Of a stretch of 64,000 nt of DNA, positions 57,834 to 64,000 are shown one piece after another (the first letter of the stretch is position 1; every line of letters starts with the position of its first letter). The DNA lies in NCBI GenBank assembly GCA_963675745.2, contig CAXXWX010000001.1, positions 96,001-160,000 on the forward strand, written 5' to 3'. Both the position numbers and the translations under genes were made by a program. The notes beneath the pieces were generated by a model that was not told the origin of the DNA, made no database searches, and saw only the letters and a list, made by a program, of their open reading frames with translations. The DNA is from Phycisphaerae bacterium (GTDB taxonomy: Bacteria > Planctomycetota > Phycisphaerae > UBA1845 > Fen-1342).

Positions 57834-59639
57834 GTGGATAACACGTATTACCAGGACGAGTTGCGATACTTGCGCGAGGTGGGGCCGGAGTTCGCGCGTT
57901 CGAATCCGGAGATGGCGCGCTACCTGGCTGACGCCGGCTCAGACCCAGATGTCGAACGTCTCCTGGAGGGTGTTGCGTTTCTCTGCGGTCGCATCCGCCA
58001 GAAGCTTGATGATGAGCTTCCCGAGTTCACCGCGAGTCTCATGTCGCTGCTGTGGCCGCACTATCTGCGTCCCATTCCGTCGATGACGATTCTTGAATTG
58101 CTGCCTGAAGTTGAAGGCATGCAGGCGCCGATGGCCGTCAACGCCGGCGCCGAATTCGCCAGCCGGCCAATCGACGGAACGCGCTGTCGCTATCGTTCAA
58201 CCTGGCCGGTGACACTGCGCCCCTGGGTACTGGGTAACGCGGAACTGGAGACGCTTCCGGCCGAACCCGCCCGCCTGAAACTGACCTTCCGGGCCGCCGC
58301 GAAATCGAAGCTCGAAGATCTCGAGCTCGGCTCCGTACGGCTGCACCTGGCGGGTGATCCACCAACGGCGTTCGCGCTGTACCTGCTGCTTGCCGCGCAC
58401 GTGGCATCGGTAACCATCAGCGACGGATCAAGCCGTGCCAAGCGACCCGAAGTACATTTGCCCGCGACGGCGGTAAAGGCCGCGGGGCTCGACCGCGAGG
58501 CCCCCCTGCTGCCATATCCGCCCTACGTGTTTCCCGGCTACTACCTGATCCAGGAATACTTCACGCTGAACGAGCGTTTTCTGTTCATCGACGTCGATGG
58601 GCTGGACCGCGCTGTCGATCAATTGGAGTTGAGCGACACGGTCGAGGTGACCTTCACGTTCAATCGCCGGCTCGAGTCGTATCCGCTCGTGTCACCCGAG
58701 AACATTCGGCTGCACTGCGTACCGGTCATCAATCTCTTCCCGCACAACGCGGAGCCGATTCGGCTGGACCATGAGCGCGTGCGGTATATGGTCCAGCCCG
58801 CGCGGGCTGGCATCGCCGACCGGCGACACGCGGAGGTCTATTCGGTTGATCGGGTGCTGGGCCTGGTGCGCTCTCAAGGTCTGGAATCGCACGAATTCCA
58901 GCCGTTTTATTCGTTCTCGCACGTCGGCTCGGCTGATCCGCGCGACGCCACGTACTATCAGTGCCACATCACGCCGAGCGTGATCGGCAAGGACGCGCGC
59001 TGGGGCACCGACACGTTTCTCTCGTTTGTGGTGGGAGATGAGCCGGGGGCGCTGCCCGCGGAAGAGACGATCTCGGTCGAGCTCACGTGTACGAATCGTG
59101 ACCTACCGCGTGAGTTGCGCGCCGGCGACATTTGCGAGCCGACCGACCGCTCGCCGGCCGGCGCCCGCTTTCGCAACCTGCTCAAGCCCACCCCGACGGT
59201 CAGCCCGCCGCTGGGACAGGGGCTGCACTGGCGACTGATTTCACACATGTCGCTCAACTATGTATCACTGAGCAACATCAAACACTTCAAGGAACTGCTG
59301 CGCGTTTACGATTTTGAAGCGGCACTTGATGCCCAACGCGCCGTGGCCCACCAACGCAGGCTCGATGGGATCCGCGCGTTGGACGCGGTCTATCGCGAGC
59401 GCATGGTGCGCGGCGCGCCGGTGCGCGGGCTGCTGGTCAACCTGGAATTGGACGAGGACCACTACGCCGGCGAAGGCGACGCTTTTCTGTTCGCGGCGAT
59501 TCTGGATCGTTTCATCGCGGCTTACGTAACGATCAATGCGTTTACGCAATTGGAGGTGCGTTTCACCCAGACCGGACAGATACACACGTTTCCGCCTCGC
59601 TGGGGCGAGCAATTCACGCCGATGGATGAGCGCCCATGA
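57834..59639 (+). CDS. tssF: T6SS baseplate TssF
   Basis: YYQDELRYLRE.G.EFA, DPDVERLLEGVAFL, WPHYLRPIPS, LHCVPVINLF, CTNRDLP and WRLISHMSLNY. Confidence 0.96.
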   Translation: MDNTYYQDELRYLREVGPEFARSNPEMARYLADAGSDPDVERLLEGVAFLCGRIRQKLDDELPEFTASLMSLLWPHYLRPIPSMTILELLPEVEGMQAPMAVNAGAEFASRPIDGTRCRYRSTWPVTLRPWVLGNAELETLPAEPARLKLTFRAAAKSKLEDLELGSVRLHLAGDPPTAFALYLLLAAHVASVTISDGSSRAKRPEVHLPATAVKAAGLDREAPLLPYPPYVFPGYYLIQEYFTLNERFLFIDVDGLDRAVDQLELSDTVEVTFTFNRRLESYPLVSPENIRLHCVPVINLFPHNAEPIRLDHERVRYMVQPARAGIADRRHAEVYSVDRVLGLVRSQGLESHEFQPFYSFSHVGSADPRDATYYQCHITPSVIGKDARWGTDTFLSFVVGDEPGALPAEETISVELTCTNRDLPRELRAGDICEPTDRSPAGARFRNLLKPTPTVSPPLGQGLHWRLISHMSLNYVSLSNIKHFKELLRVYDFEAALDAQRAVAHQRRLDGIRALDAVYRERMVRGAPVRGLLVNLELDEDHYAGEGDAFLFAAILDRFIAAYVTINAFTQLEVRFTQTGQIHTFPPRWGEQFTPMDERP

Positions 59640-60814
59640 CCGCCGCCGACACAGCCCCTACGCATCAAACCGCCGAGCACGCGCGCCGGCCGGATTTGCT
59701 TGAGCGGCTGCTAAGCACGGCGTACCGGTTCGATTTCTTCCAGGCCGTCTGGCTGCTGGAACGCTATCGTCCGGGCAGCGTGCCTGTCGGTCGCCGCGGG
59801 CCGGTCGCCGCGGAACGGCTGCGCTTCCGCCCGGGGCTGTCGATGGGTTTCCCGCCGACCGATGTCGGCAGCCTGACGGAGTTCCAGGATCCTTCGCGCC
59901 GCGATCCAAACTACCTCATCGAAGTGCTCTTCATGGGCCTGTACGGGGTTTCCACGCCGCTGCCGCTGCACTACGCCACCGACTTTCTGCGGTCCGTCGA
60001 ACGCGGCGTGCCTTCGGCGGCGGATACCGCGGACGAAGGTGGGCCGGCGCAGCGTCACGAGCGGCCGCCAAACGGCAGCCCGACGCGCGACTTCGTCGAC
60101 GTCTTTCATCATCGCGTTGTCTCACTCTTCTACCGGAGTTGGCTGAAGTATCGCTATGAGCGGATGTTCGGCCAGCCGGACCGCGATGTGATTACCAGCT
60201 ACCTGTTGAGCCTGATTGGCTGCCCGGCGGCATATGACGCGCCGACCCTGGGAGTTAATCCGATCTACCTGCTGCGCTACGCAGGCGTGTTGACGCAAAA
60301 ACCCCGCTCGGCGATCACACTCCAGGGCGTGTTGCACGACTATCTCGACCTCACGCCGGTCAAGGTCCGGCAATTCGTCGGCCAATGGGTCACGCTGTCG
60401 GAGTCGGATCTCAACCGCATTGGAGAGGCCAACTGTGTGCTCGGCGGCAACTTGACCGTCGGCGAACAGGTTTACGATCTCGGCGGCGCGTTCTGTATCA
60501 CGATTGGTCCGGTCAATTGGCAGACCTACGTGGGATTCGTGCCCGGCGGCCGGCTGTTTTCGCAAATCCGGGCGCTTACCAAGCTCTACTGCTGTGATCC
60601 ACTCACATTCAATATTGAGGTACGTTTGCTACCGAACGAGGTGCCGGAAACGCAGCTCACCTCGGACGCCACGTCCGGGCGCCTGGGCCTGACGAGTTGG
60701 GTGCGGACCGGACCTATGGGTGAGACGGCTGAGACATTCGACGCACGCGCGGACGCATCAGCGGCACCAGGGGTGTTTGTCGCCCCACCCGCAACCGCCA
60801 AGGCCGTCGCATAA
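59636..60814 (+). CDS. tssG: T6SS baseplate TssG
   Basis: FDFFQAVWLLE, FMGLYG..TPLP, DFVDVFHHR, YRSWLKY and RLGLTSW. Overlaps the tssF stop (ATGA). Confidence 0.94.
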   Translation: MTAADTAPTHQTAEHARRPDLLERLLSTAYRFDFFQAVWLLERYRPGSVPVGRRGPVAAERLRFRPGLSMGFPPTDVGSLTEFQDPSRRDPNYLIEVLFMGLYGVSTPLPLHYATDFLRSVERGVPSAADTADEGGPAQRHERPPNGSPTRDFVDVFHHRVVSLFYRSWLKYRYERMFGQPDRDVITSYLLSLIGCPAAYDAPTLGVNPIYLLRYAGVLTQKPRSAITLQGVLHDYLDLTPVKVRQFVGQWVTLSESDLNRIGEANCVLGGNLTVGEQVYDLGGAFCITIGPVNWQTYVGFVPGGRLFSQIRALTKLYCCDPLTFNIEVRLLPNEVPETQLTSDATSGRLGLTSWVRTGPMGETAETFDARADASAAPGVFVAPPATAKAVA

Positions 60815-60874
60815 AGTAATGGTCGTTGAGCAATCACAGAGGGCCGCCACCGGCGGCGAAACCAAAGCGAGCGA

Positions 60875-63646
60875 GTGAAAGACATGAACGACAGCACGAC
60901 CGGCTCCACCAGCGAGAGTTTGCGCGAGTTGCTGAGGCGCTGCGACAACGCCTGCATCCAGGCGTTTCAGGGCGCCGCCAGCGTCTGCCAGACGCGCGCT
61001 CACTACGAGGTAACCCCCGACCATCTCATGCTGCGCCTGTTGGACGAGACGGTCGGCGATGTCACCGCGATCTTCAACACATTCAAGGTGGACCGCACAA
61101 GGTTGCGCCGCGCCGTGCAGCGGGCACTGGAAGTGCTGCCGACCGGCCATCGCGGGAGACCCGCGCTTTCGCCCAAACTCGTCGAGCTTTTCCAGTCGGC
61201 GGGCGTTATGTCGGACGAGTTCGGCTTTGACCAGATCCGCAGCGGGGCTCTCATACTCGCGTTTGCCCTCAATCCTGAGCATCTGGCGGCTGCGGAGCAC
61301 ACGCCCGAGCTCGAGCGCATTGACGTCGATCAGTTGCGCGATCACTTTCACGAGATTCTGACGGGAGCGCCGGCCGAGGCGCCCGGCCCCGAAGGCCGTC
61401 CGCGCGGCGCCGGAATGGGTGCCGGCGACGGCGCGCTCGCCCAGTTCACGGTCGATCTGACGGCCCGCGCCGCCGCCGGTGAGATCGACCCGGTGTTCGG
61501 CCGTGACCAGGAAATCCGCCAGATGATCGACATTCTCGGGCGCCGGCGGAAGAACAACCCGATTATCGTCGGCGAGCCCGGCACCGGAAAGACCGCGATC
61601 GTCGAGGGGCTGGCCCTGCGCATGCACCAGGGCGACGTGCCCCCCTTCCTGAAGGGCGTGCGGCTGATCTGCCTCGACCTCGGACTGCTGCAAGCCGGGG
61701 CCGGCGTCAAGGGCGAGTTTGAAAACCGCCTGAAGAACGTCATCCGCGAAATCAAAGAGAGCGAGCAGCCCATCGTCACGTTCATCGATGAAGCCCACAT
61801 GATGATCGGCGCCGGCGGGGGCGGCGGCGGTGACGCGTCAAACCTGCTCAAGCCGGCGCTGGCACGCGGCGAGCTGCGCACCATCGCGGCCACAACGTGG
61901 GCCGAGTACAAGAAATACTTCGAGAAGGATGCCGCCCTCGAACGCCGTTTCCAACTCGTACGCTGCAACGAGCCGACGATCGAAAACTCCATCGTCATGC
62001 TCCGCGGGCTGAAAGACAAGTACGAGAAACACCACAAGACCATCCTGCTGGACGAGGCGGTCACCGCGGCCGTTGCGCTTGCCAAACGCTACATCAGCGG
62101 GCGGTTCCTGCCGGATAAGGCGGTTGACCTGCTGGACACGGCGGCGGCCCGCGTCTCGGTGGGCCTGAGCACGACGCCGGCAGCGCTCGAGGACGTCGGG
62201 CGCCGGCTTCACAGCCTGGCCACCGCCATCGCCGCGCTCAATCGCGACGAGGCGGCCGGCGTCGAGATCGACAAGGACACACTCCAGGAGATGGAGACCG
62301 AGCGCACCAATCTCCTCGCCGAAAGCGAGCGGCTCGACGCCCAGTGGAGAGCCGAGCTGGAGCTGGTCAACGAAATCCGCGATCTGCGCAACAAGCTCAT
62401 GGCAAAGACCGGCGTAGGAATCGCCGGGGACGAAGAGGCCAAGGCTGAAGAGCCGGCCGAGAAACCCGCGGAAGCCGGCGAGACCGAAGCCGCCGAGGCC
62501 CCCGCACCAGCGGAGGCCGAGGCCGAGGCCGAGCCCGAAGATGCGCTCGACGAGGGCGAGTTGCGCCGCAAGATCGACGAGGGTATGGCCAAGCTCCAGG
62601 AGTTGCAGGGCGAAGATCCACTCCTGTACGCCCAGGTCGACGAGGGGGCGGTTGCGGCCGTGCTCGCCGATTGGACCGGCGTACCGGTGGGCAAGCTGGT
62701 TCGCGATGAGATTGCCGCCACGCTCGAAATGGAGGAACGTCTGCGCAGCAGAGTCGTCGGACAGGATCACGCGTTGAAGGTCGTGGCCGAAAAGCTGCGG
62801 GCCGCCAAGGCCAGCATCGGCAACCCCGAGCAACCCATGGGCGTATTCCTGCTGGTCGGGCCCAGCGGTACCGGCAAGACCGAATTGGCCCTGGCCGTGG
62901 CCGATCTGCTGTTCGGCGGCGAGCGTTTTCTCACCAGCATCAACATGTCGGAGTTCATGGAGAAACACACCGTATCGCAACTGAAGGGCTCACCGCCGGG
63001 CTATGTCGGCTATGGCGAGGGTGGCGTGCTGACCGAAGCGGTACGTCAGAGCCCCTACTCGGTCGTGCTGCTCGACGAGGTCGAGAAAGCCCACCCCGAT
63101 GTCATGAACCTTTTCTACCAGGTCTTCGACAAGGGACAGCTCGCCGACGGCGAGGGCCGTGTGATCGACTTCAAGAACACCGTCATCTTCCTGACGAGCA
63201 ATCTCGGCACCGATGTCATCCAGCAGATGTGTGAGTCCGGCGAAGACATCGATATTGCCGAGCTGAAGGAATCGGTTTACCCCCACCTGCGCGAGCACTT
63301 CAAACCCGCGCTGGTGGCGCGCATGACGGTCATTCCGTATTTGACGCTGCCGGCCGAGATCCTCGAGATGATCGCCAAGATCAAGCTGCGCAAGGTCGGC
63401 AAACGCCTGGCCGAGGCGCACGGGATAAGTTTCAACGTGGATGACGCGGTCTATACAACCATGGCCGGTCGCTGTGGTCAGGTTGATCTCGGTGCGCGGC
63501 AGATCGACCACCAGATTGACGGCGCCGTGCTGCCGGTGTTGTCACGCCGGCTGCTGGAGCAGATGGCGACCGAAGAAATGCCCACAAAGCTGACGATGGG
63601 TGTGGGTGAGGACGGCGAGTACGTGTACACGTTCGCGCAGGCGTAG
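60875..63646 (+). CDS. clpV: T6SS AAA+ ATPase ClpV (TssH)
   Basis: RRRKNNPIIVGEPGTGKT, GAGVKGEFENRLK, TTWAEYKKYFEKDAALERRF, GPSGTGKT and LKGSPPGYVGYGEGGVLTEAVR. Confidence 0.96.
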   Translation: MKDMNDSTTGSTSESLRELLRRCDNACIQAFQGAASVCQTRAHYEVTPDHLMLRLLDETVGDVTAIFNTFKVDRTRLRRAVQRALEVLPTGHRGRPALSPKLVELFQSAGVMSDEFGFDQIRSGALILAFALNPEHLAAAEHTPELERIDVDQLRDHFHEILTGAPAEAPGPEGRPRGAGMGAGDGALAQFTVDLTARAAAGEIDPVFGRDQEIRQMIDILGRRRKNNPIIVGEPGTGKTAIVEGLALRMHQGDVPPFLKGVRLICLDLGLLQAGAGVKGEFENRLKNVIREIKESEQPIVTFIDEAHMMIGAGGGGGGDASNLLKPALARGELRTIAATTWAEYKKYFEKDAALERRFQLVRCNEPTIENSIVMLRGLKDKYEKHHKTILLDEAVTAAVALAKRYISGRFLPDKAVDLLDTAAARVSVGLSTTPAALEDVGRRLHSLATAIAALNRDEAAGVEIDKDTLQEMETERTNLLAESERLDAQWRAELELVNEIRDLRNKLMAKTGVGIAGDEEAKAEEPAEKPAEAGETEAAEAPAPAEAEAEAEPEDALDEGELRRKIDEGMAKLQELQGEDPLLYAQVDEGAVAAVLADWTGVPVGKLVRDEIAATLEMEERLRSRVVGQDHALKVVAEKLRAAKASIGNPEQPMGVFLLVGPSGTGKTELALAVADLLFGGERFLTSINMSEFMEKHTVSQLKGSPPGYVGYGEGGVLTEAVRQSPYSVVLLDEVEKAHPDVMNLFYQVFDKGQLADGEGRVIDFKNTVIFLTSNLGTDVIQQMCESGEDIDIAELKESVYPHLREHFKPALVARMTVIPYLTLPAEILEMIAKIKLRKVGKRLAEAHGISFNVDDAVYTTMAGRCGQVDLGARQIDHQIDGAVLPVLSRRLLEQMATEEMPTKLTMGVGEDGEYVYTFAQA

Positions 63647-63708
63647 GAAAAGGGTGTTAATCAGTTGGCCGGGCGCGTTGCGAGAAGGTTTTCGAAAGGA
63701 GTCACGAC

Positions 63709-63999
63709 ATGAATTCGATCGTCGAAGAAGAACTGCGGATGTACCTGGTGAATCGCCTGCACTACGACCCCTATCAGTGCGGGACGATCCTCGAGGTTAT
63801 GCGCGCGCTGGCGCGGATGGCTGGTCATGATTTTGACCACCGCTTTCGGCACGCCGGACTCGGCGCCGGCCCGGAGGCGCGCGTCGCCGCCGGACTGGTT
63901 GACTTGGCTATGGGCGGCGGTGGCTGCGAGACGTCGCCGTACACGATTCGCAAGCACATTGACGACTGGCTGCTCAAGAACCCGGCCAAGGGCCGCTAG
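63709..63999 (+). CDS. Small hypothetical protein downstream of clpV
   Basis: AAGGAG at about 63696-63701, ATG 63709, 96 aa with GC-rich codon usage. No recognisable motif. Confidence 0.6.
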   Translation: MNSIVEEELRMYLVNRLHYDPYQCGTILEVMRALARMAGHDFDHRFRHAGLGAGPEARVAAGLVDLAMGGGGCETSPYTIRKHIDDWLLKNPAKGR

Positions 64000-64000
64000 G

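Noticed and set aside
62425..62545. Ala/Glu/Pro low-complexity insert in ClpV
   Set aside because: It lies in the variable middle region, where linkers are common; no further signal.
751..63511. Many long antisense or alternate-frame ORFs (e.g. 751-2025, 6811-8118, 21435-22673, 37365-39422, 61838-62980)
   Set aside because: Shadow ORFs of well-supported genes, expected in high-GC DNA; they have no recognisable motifs.
52643..63646. Prophage tail or extracellular contractile injection system
   Set aside because: The split TssB/TssC sheath, TssK/L/M membrane complex, TssA and ClpV identify a T6SS; no capsid, terminase or integrase is present.
60875..63646. Housekeeping ClpB
   Set aside because: ClpV-type motifs (GAGVKGEFENRLK, TTWAEYKKYFEKD, LKGSPPGYVGYGEGG) and its position after tssEFG.

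Overview
High-GC bacterial genomic DNA. It is most likely from a Planctomycetota/Phycisphaerae genome, inferred only from protein styles such as the GDMNCDG..DIDAFV dockerin-like tail and the Cys-Gly/TM/Arg C-terminal sorting tail. Bases 1-21 kb hold housekeeping and envelope genes: a beta-propeller lipoprotein, a NatAB-like ABC transporter with a fused CPBP protease, an LVIVD-repeat protein, kdsA, cvpA, recJ, mtnP, a UvrD/PcrA helicase, an S1/P1 nuclease, a Cys-rich secreted protein and an Na+/H+ antiporter. Bases 37-64 kb (+) hold a type VI secretion system (T6SS) locus: membrane pseudokinase, coiled-coil protein, tssJ-like, tssK, tssL, tssM, tagF, tssA, tssB, tssC, hcp, tssE, tssF, tssG, clpV. 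vgrG and PAAR are not in the window. A divergent minus-strand cluster at about 19.8-36.9 kb encodes two tiny lipoproteins, a TPR/outer-membrane beta-barrel, a FecR-like protein, a 2,067-aa invasin-like adhesin, a degenerate CHAT-like protein, a LolD/MacB-type ABC transporter and a TPR protein. The best lead is that the T6SS pseudokinase carries an extracytoplasmic two-Ig-domain module that is a close copy (about 60% identity by hand alignment) of a module in the divergently encoded adhesin, followed by a TagR-like FGE domain. This suggests an adhesin-coupled, phosphorylation-independent T6SS triggering system. Three single-base frameshifts at about 7.9-8.75 kb look like local sequencing errors. 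No rRNA, tRNA, CRISPR array or mobile element was recognised. All family calls come from reading motifs, not from database searches.
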